A stretch of 64,000 nucleotides of DNA from Octopus sinensis (GCF_006345805.1 NC_043015.1:3782001-3846000); one strand, 5' to 3'. Numbered from the stretch's first letter, positions 1 to 14,030 are shown. A program made the numbers and translations. Notes: generated by a model from the letters alone, not told the origin.

Positions 1-480
1 GATCCCATTACACACCCCATTTTCCCAACCCACCCATGTCCTCCTTCAAACGAGCCCGGAATCTACGCGATCTCCTGGTCCGTAGCACCCTCTCTTCTTC
101 CCCCTCAGCCCCACACGGATCCTTCCCGTGCTCCAGATCCCGCTGCTACACCTGCCACTTCATCACAAACACCACTGCTGTCACCGGTTCCAACCAGCGC
201 ACTTTACGTATTAGACATTCTTTTACGTGCCCTTCGTCTGGTCTCATATATTGCATTAAATGCAACCTCTGCGGAATGCTGTATGTAGGACAGACGGGAC
301 GCCGGATGGCAGACCGATTCGCCGAACATCTAAGGGATTTTCGGCTCCGTTCTAATTCTCCCGTCGCACGTCACTTCTGCTCGGCCAGCCGTTCCCCCGA
401 TGACATCTCTGTGTTTGGTCACGCCCCACACAACGGTTCTCCACAATCCAGGCTTCATTTTCACTTTACAAACGGTTGAT
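1..480 (+). mobile_element. Penelope-like retroelement (Neptune-like) fragment: linker Zn-finger + GIY-YIG endonuclease, truncated
   Basis: ORF 36-479 reads FKRARNLRDLLVRS...FPCSRSRCYTCHFI (CxxxRCxxC)...HSFTCPSSGLIYCIKCNLCGMLYVGQTGRRMADRFAEH (GIY-YIG motif IYC...YVGQT, RFAEH). Paralogous to 12004-13000. Confidence 0.85.
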
Positions 481-639
481 TTTTCCCTTTACAGACCAAT
501 ACCCCGCACGGACTCAACACATCCCCCTCCTCTTAGTGATTGCGCCCCACCTCCCACAACAAACAACTTTGAAAAAAATTTTTTTTTTTTGTTTATTTTT
601 TTTTTCGTATTTCTTCCTCCCCCTTTTTTAAGTTATTGT

Positions 640-1067
640 CCTTATACAGGAACACATACACACACATACTCACGTATCCTCGAACACACACACTTCCAAC
701 ACACCACACACATACATCATACATGCACCTATACGCACACATACTTCTACACATATACACACACAAAAATACACCCACCTACACACCCATACACCCCCAC
801 GGGTATACCCCCACGCGCACACACACATATGCCCGTGCACACACACCAACAAACAATACTCATACAGATACGCACACACTTATGCACACATGGGCAGACA
901 CACACACAAGCATACACGCACGTAAGCGCTCACACACACACAAGCACACGCATGTACATTACGCCCACACAACTCCAAACCCCCCCACACATACACGCAT
1001 ACATTCACACACATAAATACATACATACATTCATACATACATACATACATACACACACACACATACA

Positions 1068-1098
<31 letters not shown>

Positions 1099-1420
1099 TG
1101 GGTTCGCTGTATTGCAGGCTTGCGTCAGTGTATGTATGTGTGTGAGTGTGGATTCACATACACCCACACCAACTTTTTTTCCATCAATCTTTCAATTATA
1201 AAGTGTGTGCTTGCATACATATATATATATATATACATATAAACCTCTACATTTGTACACACACGCACACTTATACATTCACTCGCACGCACGTACACAC
1301 ACACGCACACACACATATATATATAAATATACAATACACGCACACACACATACACACGTACAAACACACACACCAGCACAGATGCTCACATATCACTAAC
1401 AGTAATACATGTATATAGTA
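640..1420. repeat. CA/TA-rich low-complexity and microsatellite tract ((CA)n, (CATA)n, (TA)n)
   Basis: Directly visible. It generates the spurious H/T/Y-rich and V/C/Y-rich ORFs. Similar tracts recur throughout the window (e.g. 3050-3145, 13980-14215, 17815-18200, 18445-18835, 20620-20760, 27440-27690, 46595-46830). Confidence 0.95.
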
Positions 1421-3053
1421 AATGAATGTATTATTTGCGTAAGCCTGTTCTTCCAAATATAAATGATGAAATCTTATTAACTACTGAATGCTATAGCAGA
1501 GTCGCCTGCAATTAGATGAAGTTATAGAAAGCTGGGGAAAATGTATGGTCAACATTAAACATAAAACTAAAATGCCTGATATGGAATAATCAATGTCATT
1601 TGTAAGAATGTTCGACCTTTCAGTGATAATATGAATTAAACATCACTTCGAAGCTCATAAATTTACTATGTTACTGCCTATCCTAGAAGGCAACATTTCA
1701 TAAACAAATCGACTTCTCTTACGTGTGAGCTGGTTTAAATCTCAGTTCAATACTGGCTTGATATTTTACTATGACTGACGCATATATATTCATTGATCGA
1801 AACTTTGTAAGATAAATGCCAATTTTACTTCCAATAGTCGCTACTGCCAGTGTAATAACACCTGATTTCAATAATATGATTAACTACAAGCAAGCCACAT
1901 TAAACACTTTGTTATAGTGAATAACATCTTTGATTATAATTGTAAAGCAGAAACAGACATCACAAAGTTTCGGATGTATGGCTGATTATTAATAATAACA
2001 TTCAGTACAGTTTCCAAACTCAGAAGCTATATTTTAAACATATTTTGTGCCAAATTTTATTGTGGTCGTACCTCAACAGAAAGTTTCTTTTTTTGGGGGC
2101 ACGTCGATTGTACAACACAATACTTGTATGTTCTACTGTAGAACGTGACCGAACGACGTCATTTCTTTTTGGATAACACCCCTCGAGGTATACCAGATAC
2201 TATCTTATGTATGTATATATGTATCTATACAGGTACTTGATTAAGCATTGGGTAGGTATCAAATAGGTAGTGAAGCACGCTTATTGCCTATTTCTACCTG
2301 ACCTCTCTATGTATGTATGTATAATGTATATTTGTATGTATGTATATATGTATGTGTATGCTTGCGTGCGTGTATGTTTATATGCATGTATGTATTTATG
2401 TATGTGTGCATTATATACGTATGTATGTGTGTAGGTAATATTGAGACGATATTTGTGATCCTGTGTGTCTATACGAGGAAGTATATCTAAGGATAAGACT
2501 TTTCGGATTGGAAATAAAACGCTATTGCATGAAACGTGTAACTTCACACAAACCGCTACAAAATCTACGTAAATAAGACCCGTAGTTTAAAAGCGAATGA
2601 TACATGTAAAACAAGGTCATTAGTTTCAAATCGATGCAGGTGGCCATAGGAATAATTCCCGATCAGAATTGTCAACGTGAAGACAGTGCAAGAAAAAAAT
2701 ATTTTGCTGATATAAGAATGAAATAGCTCTTTGCTGACGAGAGGGCGTTCCCCTACTATGACAATCATGATGATTGCATGGGTTAGTATACGAAAAATAC
2801 AATACAAAATATGCAAATTGATGATATATTTCAAATACACAATCAGTTCTTCTCAGAATATATTGTAAGAAGTCAACGAATAAAAATTATGCAATGTGAC
2901 GTTTGGAAGTGATGAATCGAAACTAGTAACACAGAGACGCTCAATACACTGCACTGTATAGATTACATAAGATTGTCAGACATTGTGTAATTGGGGAAGA
3001 GAATGTGACTTACTATCCATAATTTCATACACACTCCTCAAACGCACAAGCAT

Positions 3054-3144
<91 letters not shown>

Positions 3145-3356
3145 TAATAAAAGGAATTCCAGCCTTGTCTGATTTTCACGTTTAATTTACAATCTTATAA
3201 TGATATAAGATAATAAAATATAATAAAATAAAATAAAATAATAGAATGTTAAATGTTCAGTCTAAATTGAACTAGTACTTTCATTCATTAAATTCTGCAA
3301 TCTTCAGGTTCATGTAGTAGTGGTGACAGTCATGTTTCACAATTTTTGACTGTGTA

Positions 3357-3388
<32 letters not shown>

Positions 3389-4330
3389 TATATATATATA
3401 ATATATATATATATATTTACATGTGCACATACATACGCATAACATTCTCTCTTAACATATTGGACGGTCTGGATCTCACATCAGATATATTATTCAGAGC
3501 AATAAGACTTAAACGAATCACCTTTGTTTGCAGAGCGAAAATATGTATCACACGTATAATTCCACTTATACACCTATACACACATTGATACACAAACATT
3601 GTTACAATGAAACACACACACACAAGCACACACGAAAACACGCACACACACTTACTAATACACACATATTCATAAATAGATATAAACTAGTGCGTGTATA
3701 TATGCACAAACACAAACACTCGTTTATGTGTTTTCATAAACACGAATAGGTTATTAAATTCTAAAACCAATCGAGCTATAATAAAGTGGGTAATAACGTA
3801 TCACATTGAAAATATTACAGACAGATGAAGTGATATGTGAATTATTTTACAGAAAACATAAATTCTCAGGCTTAATATATTGGAAAATGATACCTGGCAA
3901 CTAACCAAATGGAGTATATGTATAGCCGTCACATATCGATAAATAGATTGGTGATCGTTGTTAGTGTGACACATACCGAATTATTCATTGACGAAAATTA
4001 TATTAAGTATAGAATATATTGACGACTCAGTCTTTTATATTTATTATGATATTTGGCGCAGTTGCCGACACTTTGAAACTGGTGGAAATTGATGTTTAGA
4101 GATAATAATGATTTCCAACATTGGCACAAGCGCACATATTTTTAACGCGAAAATCAATCATTTGGATAGATATCGGTCCACGACTAACGCAGTTTTATAT
4201 CAAGCTAGGAAGTACGAATTTAAACTGCAATTAGATATCACAGGTTAATTTATCGCGATGTCATTTTAACAAAACACCTATTTTGCGAGGTGTGACTTCG
4301 AGCGTACGTGTGAACATGCATATTTATATA

Positions 4331-4604
4331 TCACCGTGATCAGGCTATCATATGTTGCTACACATCGATTGTCACAATGCTGTTCGCATTGTTTTATGCT
4401 TCAAATGCTAATCGCGCAGGTCAACAGAAGAAAGAGTGAGAGAAAATTAAAAGATTACAGCAGGGAACACCACCACCCTCTGTCAGAGCTTCGTGGAGCT
4501 TTTAGGTGTTTCCGCTCAATAAACACTCACAAGGCCCGGTCTGGGAATAGAAACAGCGATCCTACGACCGCGAGTCCGCTGCCCTAACCACTGGGCCATT
4601 GCGC

Positions 4605-4605
<1 letters not shown>
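4331..4605 (-). mobile_element. tRNA-derived SINE, family C (tail type 1)
   Basis: Reverse strand begins GGCGCAATGGCCCAGTGGTTAGG (A-box-like)...GTTTCTATTCCC (B-box-like). Head and tail are homologous to 43398-43703. Confidence 0.85.
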
Positions 4606-4670
<65 letters not shown>

Positions 4671-4676
4671 GTATAA

Positions 4677-4902
4677 GGCGGCGAGCTGGTAGAAACGTTA
4701 GCACGCCGGGCGAAATTCGTAGCCGTATTTCGTCTGTCGTTACGTTCCGAGTTCAAATTCCGCCGAGGTCGACTTTGCCTTTCATCCTTTCGGGGTCGAT
4801 AAATTAAGTACCAGTTACGCACTGTGGTCGATGTAGTCGACTTAATCCCTTTGTCTGTCCTTGTTTGTCCTCTCTGTGTTTAGCCCCTTGTGGGTAGTAA
4901 AG

Positions 4903-4906
<4 letters not shown>
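4677..4906 (+). mobile_element. tRNA-derived SINE, family B
   Basis: GGCGGCGAGCTGGTAGAAACGTTAGC...GAGTTCAAATTCC (A/B boxes), ending ...TTTAGCCCCTTGTGGGTAGTAAAGAAAT, flanked by (TA)n. Degenerate homologues elsewhere in the window. Confidence 0.85.
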
Positions 4907-4939
<33 letters not shown>

Positions 4940-4956
4940 AAAATAGAGCATCCCTT

Positions 4957-5034
<78 letters not shown>

Positions 5035-8000
5035 TCAGTTATACAAGTATACTCACGCACACTAACAAGCGCGCACACACACATACACGCTCATACACAC
5101 ACAACAGTCAGAGACTCACACAAAGAAATACACATGCGCACACACATATACGTATGCAGCAGAGTTAACAGGGTTCTGAGAGTTACGTAAGTTTGCACTT
5201 ATCAAAGTTACATCTAAAGATTAATAAAAATATGTACACATATTTTGGGTTCTATCTCTCCTGCTTACATCAAAATACCTGTATATTATATATAGGAATA
5301 TACGTATGCATGTGTGTCATTTCAGAAAAATTGTATTACTGTGTCCAGCTGATTCAAATTCTATTTAATTATGCAACGGATGATATCTCTGCATTTAAAC
5401 TGATGTATTGATTGCATCGTTCAATTAAATGGTGTCATCTGAAACGGTCGTACTGCATCATTTCTTGGTATCATGTCGCTATGTCTTTTGGCCTGTTTGT
5501 CACTATATATAACAGTAAGGGTTCCACCTCCACCTCGCTTATATATGTACATCTACGGAGTCTTCGTCTTAAATTTCACATTGTTTATGGGATGAAATGT
5601 GAAGCTAAAGTCCTATCCTGAAACAAATTTAGTTCTAAAATTTCGAAATGGTCGACTCGATTCTCGCTCGGAGGTCAAAGTGTCTTTCAAATAACTGTTC
5701 CAGTTTACATTACGGCCTGAAGGCGGCTCCACAATAGCCGCAAGCATTCCTTACTGTAGCCCTTAGATTTTATTTCACCACCTCCTTGATGGAGCCACAG
5801 CCTTCTCCTTCGTGCTGAAGGGAGGACAATAAGTGTCTTTCTCAACAGCTCCCAACGTTGTAATCCGTGAGATTACAATCGGGGATAATTTCGAGGCCAG
5901 AAATTGAGGCTGGTGATGTTCTGAAGCAAAATCATGGAGGTATTGATTCTAGCCGCATTTTATGATATGTCCATTATGATTAGTAAAAGCATGTTGCCTT
6001 CTTCTAGCACAAACGGGGTTTGAACTGAAAACCTCACGCAAAGCACTATTGCAATTGTTGTGCAACGTTCTTATTTTCGACACCATAGCAACCGAACAAT
6101 TACTACAGTGTCGTTGCTGCATCTCAGCATTACTTTATATATTTATGTTTATTTAGATAATAATAGATTTATTCTTGCGGCTCTCGTTGTTTTCATAATC
6201 TGGAAATCCATTGCTGCATATTTCCGATAGTTTCATTCGATCTCTGTAATGATTTAATAGATGATTGGCTTCCTCTTTTAATCCCTTAATGTGAATACTT
6301 TTCGACATGGATACAATTTATACACACTGTTACTTAGTTGTGATATTGTCTTATTCTATTGTTCATGTTCTGCCTAAAAGTAATAGATTTAATTCTTTTA
6401 CATGTCTTCTACTAATATGTTTCTTAAGTCAATGAAGGCCTCCTCAAATCGATCGAACTTCTTATCTGTGTCATTATATCGGTTTATTCCCTTTTGCCTG
6501 CTTCGTAACAATTACTAATAATAGATATGGATGTCTATTCAATTTCCATATCAGTTGCATGCTTTCCGACCTGCTCCATTTCCTAACATTACAAATATGA
6601 AAATTGCTTTTCATTCAATACTTGAATCGAGTTCGATATTTAGAAATTTGCTGTGTATACATACGAAAACACACGCAGATGCACATACAGATATATACTC
6701 GCATGTATATTGTAAAAGATTGCCGCAAGACGCTATTTACTCCGCTTTTCATGCTTAGGTCTACTAAAGGGATATGAAGAACTAAGATTAAGTATAATGC
6801 ACTTAAGTTCGGAGAGAACCAAAGTGAAATAAAAGGAACACGAATTTGTCGGGAAATATATATTGATTTGATAACTATGTTTGTTAACCTATAAATTTTG
6901 TAAGATCAGAGGAACAGGAAACGCAGGCAACAGATGAATTTCTGTTTTCCGTCAGATATGCAATTGGTAAAATGAACGTAACTGAATATGAGTAAGGAAA
7001 TAAACATAGGATTGTCTAAGTTTGATTAATCTACTTTTGAATTGTGTAAATGCACGTACGTATATAGCATCGACATTATAACAACGAAGGGCATTTCTAT
7101 ACCTTCTCGAATCATCGTAGATTTTGGGCAGGCTTTGGATTTTGATGTGGTTAACTCTTAACAATGTGTTGTATTGTCCATTTTGTCAGTCTGTTGCGTA
7201 AAAATGTAGACGTGTTATGAAGATTGAACAATTCCATACACCAAAATATTCCTCTCTAATTGAATGTCTCGATCCAACAACAAAGTATCATGGAAGATTA
7301 AAAAAATGGGAAAATTAGCGGTGTTTATGGTTCGACAGGCGAAATAAATGAAGGTCAGTAACTTGATATTCGTGGTTAAAATTAACGAATTGTTATAAAC
7401 GCCCACAATGTATTGAGTTAAATCAGAGTGACAAAAGGAATCAATACTAACATAAAATCTATAGAAATTATAACATGACCCTTTTGCACCTAGAATATAA
7501 GTATTTGCGTGTATAACCGTATGTCTATCTGAGAGCTGCATTTTATGTTTGCCTATTTATGAAGATTAAATTTAGCAATGTCTATGAACTGTATACAATG
7601 GACGCCATTTTCTAGCAACGAGTAACTTCACATATATTTGGCTGAGTTCAAGAGAAGAGTCTTTTCTTAATTTAGTTTTATATTCCACTGACTTTAGAAA
7701 ATACATTAATGCAATAACCTAAAATCAAATTGAACAAACATAAATCTATTTTACTTACGTGCTTTAAATATATTCAGGTCGATAGCTGACCTATATCTAC
7801 TACGACTGCCATGGAAATATCGATTTGTATGGTCTAAATCATATATTAGAAAAAACTTCCTAAACTTAATATGACGTTTTAATATTTCTGAAGGAGATTC
7901 GAGTTTATTATATTTCATGATTAGAAATAAAATGTCTGTTAATTAACGTATTTGTTTCAATTTAGTATATGATGTCAATAAATATAAAACGAACTGCACT

Positions 8001-9703
8001 GTTAGAGGACAATGAAAATATTTTGCAATTATTTTCATGGATTGTTCCTGAAATGAAAGGTTCTATATCATGCATCTAGTTATTTTATAAAATTTAATAT
8101 CTATATATCATAAGTTGATTTTCTTTTGCGCCATTCATTTATATATGAAAACAGCAAAGCCGCGTCAAATTTACACCTACATTTGCTGATATAATATTAG
8201 CAAATATTATATGAACTTAGTGGATGGAATAAAGTTCTGAATACAGGTATTACCGATGTTCTAAATTTGCATATACTTTATGTAGCGAAATAAAAATCAA
8301 ATGTTACATATTCATTAAGCTGTCAAATAGGAAATGATATATCGGAGGACACCATTCACAACAAGGATTACTAACATCTACTTGCTATATTTGCAATATT
8401 CGAAGAACTACAGAAAAATGATATTGAATTAAAAGAATTATCCAGCGATTGGCTTAATTCAAAACATATAAATGAAATATATTTATTTGATGGATGTGAA
8501 TGAAATTATGAGTTGATAGTAAAAGGAAAATATGACATATAATTCTAGTTATTCACTACAATTTTACAAGCAATATAATATATCTCAGAATTCAGAACGT
8601 ATTTTATTAATTTTTCGTGTACGTAATGCTGAGTGAGGGGGAACCAAACTGTGAAATTGTACATCTGAAGAGCGGAAGGACAGGATATTGTTAACTTTGA
8701 AAAAATATATCCTGGGAGAAATTCCTGCTACATGAATCTAATGATAGCCACAGGGTACATAGCTCAAACGAGTTCATACATAAGCAGTGTGACAAGATTA
8801 TAAAAGAGGATAACACATAAAAATTATTATAAGAAATTAAGTACCATATCTTCCTCAGATCTCGGATTAGCAATCTATATGAGGGTGTTATAAGGTGTCG
8901 ATGATTAGCGTAGTATTTGCCAGCTCGTTATCATCTTAGTTCAAATAACACTGAAGCTATATTTCGTTTTCATAAGTACCAGTAAAATGCTGATATCAAT
9001 GTAGAAGACTTACCCAGTCTCCAGAGCATCTTTTGAATCGTACCAAAATAAGTATGTGAGTTTCATGAAGAATTATAGGTACAGATTCCCAGACATATGT
9101 TATTGTGATGTTTCAAGAATTTTGATCCTCTAGCAAGGACCGGATTCTCACAAACCCTTAGGATTGAGAGATATCTCTCGTAAAACAAAAATACATTCCG
9201 ACATTAACGGAATGGAAAGTATCTAAACTCAGCTGATATGTCCTAAATCACTGTTGACATTTAAAATGTTATGGAAGCACTAGACATTTTATTCACATTG
9301 CAATATATAATAATTAATTATTCAACAATATAATATAACTGCACAAACCACTACCTCATCTTCTCAAATCATTTATATATTCCAGTATTGTTTATATATT
9401 CCAGTATTGCATTTTGTGCAGTATCGAGTGATACTATTACAACTATCGAACAATGTGGAAGCTGAAAATGGTTCACATAATGCATCAACTAGCTTGAATA
9501 ATGTCTGATCGACAAACTCCACTTCCAGGAGTAACCTTGTGGACACATGTGATATTACACTTATCAACAGAGTACGATATCCACATCTTATAAACTGTTG
9601 ACGGAGCACATTCGTAAACATGAAGTGCTTATGGATCTACTTAAGATCTATTACTATTACAGTTCTCTATGTTATGAGGTGATGAATTATGTACATTATT
9701 AAA

Positions 9704-10045
9704 ATTATTTACATTTGACGGCAATTTGTCCTCATCTTGTTTGTTGTTAACACAACGTTTCAGATATACCCTCCAGCCTGCATCTGGGGTCTTGGAGAAA
9801 TTTCGAAATTGGTTTCTCATTCCTAGGGTATTTTTCGATGTTATTATTATTGTTGTTGTTGTTGTTTTTATTCAGGTCACTGCCTGGAATCTAACTCGGA
9901 ATCTTGGGTTTAGTAGCCCTTATGAATGAGAACCCAGCTTCGAAAGTTCCGCAAGACACCCGATGAAAGCTGGAATGTGTATTTGCCGAAGCGTTGTTTT
10001 AAAAACAAACAAGATGAGGACAAGTATCTGTTAAATGTAAATAAT
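9704..10045. mobile_element. Inverted-repeat element (arms ~9704-9828 and ~9917-10045), each arm with a degenerate hammerhead motif; probable inverted PLE terminal-repeat pair
   Basis: Left arm ATTATTTACATTTGACGG..TTGTCCTCATCTTGTTTG..CTCATTCCTAGGG is the reverse complement of the right arm CCCTTATGAATGAG..CAAACAAGATGAGGACAA..TTAAATGTAAATAAT. Hammerhead-like cores at 9749-9791 (-) and 9955-10000 (+). Confidence 0.75.
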
Positions 10046-10621
10046 ATAAATAATGCACTGTTACTATTATGCATAAAATTCATTTCCGTAATCAATTTTC
10101 TATTGCGTCTATTCGGTATTCTTAATAATCAATTTTCTGCTGAATCTATTCGGTGTATGTAATTCTATTGAGAACTGAAAAAATCAATAATTACATACAG
10201 TATTGCGTAGTAATTTTTATATTTAAGTGATTCAGTAATACTGTTAGCACTTTCATAAAATAAATCCAAGAACTGATGAGAGTTCATCAATGATTATATG
10301 ATTTTCAGTCCTAAATAAATCATCTGATTTTCCTTCGCTTTCAGGTTTTCAGATCAGAGACAAGTTGACAGGTTGCTACCATGAGACATGTCTGTTCAAC
10401 TACTATTTTCTAAATATGTTGGGCCTGCTGAAGTCACATTTACACATCAGACACATTTTCAAGGATTGCTGTGGTTTAAAGATTTGACTTTCTAAATATC
10501 ATTCCTTCTTATGGGAATATTTGCAGGATTTTCATCTCCAGCAACAAACATATCAAATAGTGTTATTTCGTTCTCACAAATTGCCATTGGCGCCGCAATC
10601 GGGATTTCAGTTTATTTAAAA

Positions 10622-11846
10622 ATCAGGTCATCCCATAAGTTCTGTCCGAATTTTGAATAAAGAAAACACGGGATCAAGTGTTATATTTAATTGAAATTTA
10701 ATCCTCAATGTACGTTCCCTGATTATCTATGACTTCCTTCCATCTGAATACAAACTTTTTAATCCCATCAATGTAAAACTCTTTCGGTTTCAATGCGTAG
10801 AACTCCGAAACGTCAGTTTCCACTTCCTCCTGTTTTGCGAAAATTATGTCCCCCAGATGATTCTGTAAACTACGAAAAGAAAAATGGTATTCCGAAGGCG
10901 CAAGGCTGGAGAAATAAGATGGATGAGAATTTTTTTTCCCAACCAACCTCTTCGAACTTCTGTGATGTGATCTTTACAGTGTGGGGGCGCGCATCACTCT
11001 TTTTTGATTCATTAAAGCTGGACTTTTTTTCTTCAAACCTTGGTTGAAACGTTTTAATTGCTGACAGTAGACTTGAGTATTGATTATTGCATTAGGTAGT
11101 AACAATTCAAAGTGAATTACTCTTTTGCAATACCGAAGATAGAGAGAAGAATGTTTTCCCTTTAAGTTCCCTTCTCGGTTGTGGTTTAACTGTTACCCGT
11201 TTACCAAGTCCCTTGTTTCCATTTTACCAGTCTATCGAAAAAGGGTGAAATGAGTTCGCGAGAATGGAGAGAAGAGTAGATGTTAACTACTTGCGGATGC
11301 ATGTGAACAATTCATGAGGCACACATTTTCTAAGTTTAGGAATCTTTCCATGTTGTTGGAGATGACAATGAAGAGTTCTGTGGTTTGAACTAAGCTTTGT
11401 TGCCAAATCTTCAAGTGATAATGCAGGATTTTCTTAAGTAATGAGCTTATCAACAAACACAACTGGATGTCCTGTTCGATCTTCATCTTCAAGGTTGAAA
11501 TATCCACTTCTGAATTTTGCAAACCATCTCCTGCAAGTTCTTTCATACACGCTTTCTTTCACATAAACTTAGTGTATGATTCGAGTCGCTTCGGCTGCAG
11601 AGTATCCATTTTGTACTCATAAAGCATTATGTGCTATGAATTCTCTTTCAAAACGTCCATGTTACAAACGGTTTTAGTCAAAGAAATTTTAATTCTATTA
11701 TTCTGTAAAATAATATATAATTACTTTAAATATACACAAATGCATAAAATTAATTTTTAAATTCCACTAGACATTCCAGGATACTGTTAAATGTCATTCA
11801 ATTTTTAAAAAGGTAAATTGGGACAGACATTATGGGATGACCTGAT
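10622..11846 (-). mobile_element. Full-length decayed mariner transposon with both TIRs
   Basis: TIRs ATCAGGTCATCCCATAAGTTCTGTCC (10622-10647) and GGACAGACATTATGGGATGACCTGAT (11821-11846). Minus-strand fragments: TCRRWFAKFRSGYFNLEDEDRTGHP, CVPHEL, DARPHT, LAPSEYH.FRSLQNHL...FYIDGIKKFVFRWKEVIDNQGTY. Multiple frameshifts and stops. Confidence 0.92.
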
Positions 11847-13394
11847 ATATAACTAAAAGCATAGATACATAGACTTCGATAATTAAAAATCAAGACTACG
11901 TATGCATTTACATCAGTATGAAATATAAAATTATTTCATTGAAGTAATCACCGTCCGTTATAGAAAATCCATTCTACATACATACACACGCACATATATA
12001 TATCTAGATTCCTTCCTCTCTTTCGTCCAATCTTTCCATCCAGCCCTCCACATCACTTCCACTATCTCCAACACCTCTGTCTCCTTCCTCGACATTTCGG
12101 TTAGCATTCTTCACTCCACTCTTACCACCTCCATTCACTACAAACACACAGACTCACACCCATACCTCAACTTCTCTTCCTCCCACCCAGAACACACCAA
12201 GCTTTCCATCCCCTATTCCCAATTCCTCCGTCTACGTAGGCTCTGTAGTGACGACCATGACTTTGAGACTCAGTCTCAACGTATGGCTCACCACTTCACC
12301 CTACGTGGATACCCCCTCACCACTATCCACACCGCCCTTGCCAGAGCACGGTCCGTGGACCGTGTATCTGCTCTCTCTCCCCGAACCCGCCCTGTAGTCT
12401 CCCGCCTCCCTTTTCCCCTCACTTACCACCCAACGACCTACGTCTCCAACGCACCATTCTTCGAGCTTTCCGTCATCTCCAGTCCGACCCGTCCACTTCA
12501 CACCTCTTCCCTAACCGACCCCTCCCCTCTTTCAAACGAGCCCACAACCTTCGAGACCTTTTGGTCCATAGCTCCTTCTGACCCTACCTCCCAACCCGGC
12601 TCGTTCCCCTGCCCCCGCCCACGTTGCCGCACTTGCCCTTACCTCTCCAACACCACCCGCCTCACTAGCACCCACCATCGACCCTATCCCATCATCCACT
12701 CCTTCACCTGCACCTCCAGCAATATTATCTATTGCATCTGTTGCTCTCTCTGCAATTCCTTGTACATCGGACAAACGGGACGCCGCTTGGCTGACCGGTT
12801 CGCGGAACACCTTCGTGATATCCACCTTGCGAACGACACACCGGTCTCACGCCATTTCCGCTCCACCGGTCACTCCTTGCAACACCTATCTGTGTTCGGT
12901 TTGTCCTTACACAGAGGCCATCCGAATTCCCGTTTGCGCCGTGAACAGGAATTAATCTTCTCTCTTCGCTCTTATACGCCATTTGGTCTCAACTCTCCCC
13001 CCTCCTCATCTAACCCCCCTCCCCCTCCTCACCTTCCTTCTCCCCACGACCCCTACTTCTTCAGTCCTTCATCCTTTCAACCCTACTCCCCTTCCCTTCT
13101 TCCTTTTCTCCCTCCCTTTTTTCTCCCATTCCCTCTGCTCCTCACTTCCCTCTCTCCCCTTCTCTCTCTCCCCCTCTCACTCTTTCTTCCTTCATCCCCC
13201 TCCTCACCTTCCTTCTCCCTCATCTCTCCTCTTCCTTTCTCCTCCCCCTCTTCTTCCCCTCCCCTTCTCTCCCCCTCTCTCCCCTCCCCCTCTTCTCCTC
13301 ACTACACCACATGACTTTACACATCACATCACATATGATGTGCCATACTAATACACACACCAACTAATACATACTAATACGTACTAATACATAC

Positions 13395-13670
13395 TAGTAC
13401 ATACTAATACTTACACCAACCCTATACATACACACGTCCAGACCCCGCATACGCACTTATACTCTCTCTCTCAAACACAACAACACAAACCATACATACC
13501 AATACGTACTAATACATACTAATACATACACCAACCCCATACATACGCACGTCCAGACCAATCTTACGCACTAATACTCTCTCATACACACACACACACA
13601 CACACCCTTATACATACTAATACATACACCAACCCTATACATACACACATCGAGACCCCTCCCACGCACT
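13395..13670 (+). repeat. Three-copy minisatellite (~110 bp unit) in the PLE 3' region
   Basis: CATACTAATAC(T/A)TACACCAACCC(T/C)ATACATAC(A/G)CAC..CAGACC repeated near 13400, 13515 and 13615. Confidence 0.7.
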
Positions 13671-13842
13671 TTTAGCTGGTCCCTCAACCTTTTTATCAAC
13701 CCAATTATCTCCCCTTATTTCGCTCTCGCGTCTCATGTTTGATCGTTGACCTCTGGCCGAAATCAGATCGCCATGTTGATTCGTTAGCTACTGAACGCAT
13801 TTTTTTTCTCTCCTTCTTTCTGTGTTTTTCTCTCTCTGTGTA

Positions 13843-13880
13843 TCTTTCTGTTGAAGAGCGTAGGCTCGAAACGTTAAAGA
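13843..13880 (+). ncRNA. Minimal type I hammerhead-like motif in PLE terminal repeat (A6>U core variant)
   Basis: TCTTT CTGTTGA A GAGC-GTAG-GCTC GAAA CGT T AAAGA: stem I TCTTT/AAAGA, 4-bp stem II, palindromic stem III ACGT, GUU triplet. Confidence 0.6.
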
Positions 13881-13977
13881 CTTGTTTTATTTATATTTCC
13901 TGAGCGCCATACTAATACAATTGTTCGTTTGTTTTCCACCTGCCTTCGTCTTTTGTTTATTTTCATAAAGCTTCCCG

Positions 13978-14030
<53 letters not shown>

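Larger units (their letters stand above)
12004..13980 (+). mobile_element. 5'-truncated Penelope-like retroelement (Neptune-like): RT C-terminus/thumb + GIY-YIG, then CT-rich tract, minisatellite and 3' terminal repeat
   Basis: Begins in (TA)n. Reads SFLDISV..TTSIHYKHTDSHPYLNFSSSHPEHTKLSIPYSQFLRLRRLCSDDHDF..RGYP..FPCPRPRCRTC..NIIYCICCSLCNSLYIGQTGRRLADRFAEH..RLRREQELIFSL..PFGLN. Two compensating frameshifts (~12435-12590) hide FKRAHNLRDLLVHS. Confidence 0.92.

Noticed and set aside
2565-2840. Hydrophobic 91-aa minus-strand ORF as a membrane protein exon (also 22449-22775, 9373-9621)
   Set aside because: AT-rich DNA yields F/I/L-rich frames by chance. No convincing splice context or family motif, and 22449-22775 is antisense to the LINE fossil.
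4565-4605. tRNA genes at SINE heads (also 43398, 31414, 50934)
   Set aside because: A/B-box-like motifs are present, but there is no complete cloverleaf or acceptor stem and each continues into a repeat body.
13330-13670. Repeat-spacer-like pattern as a CRISPR array
   Set aside because: Eukaryotic context, the units are whole-length minisatellite copies without unique spacers, and there are no cas genes.
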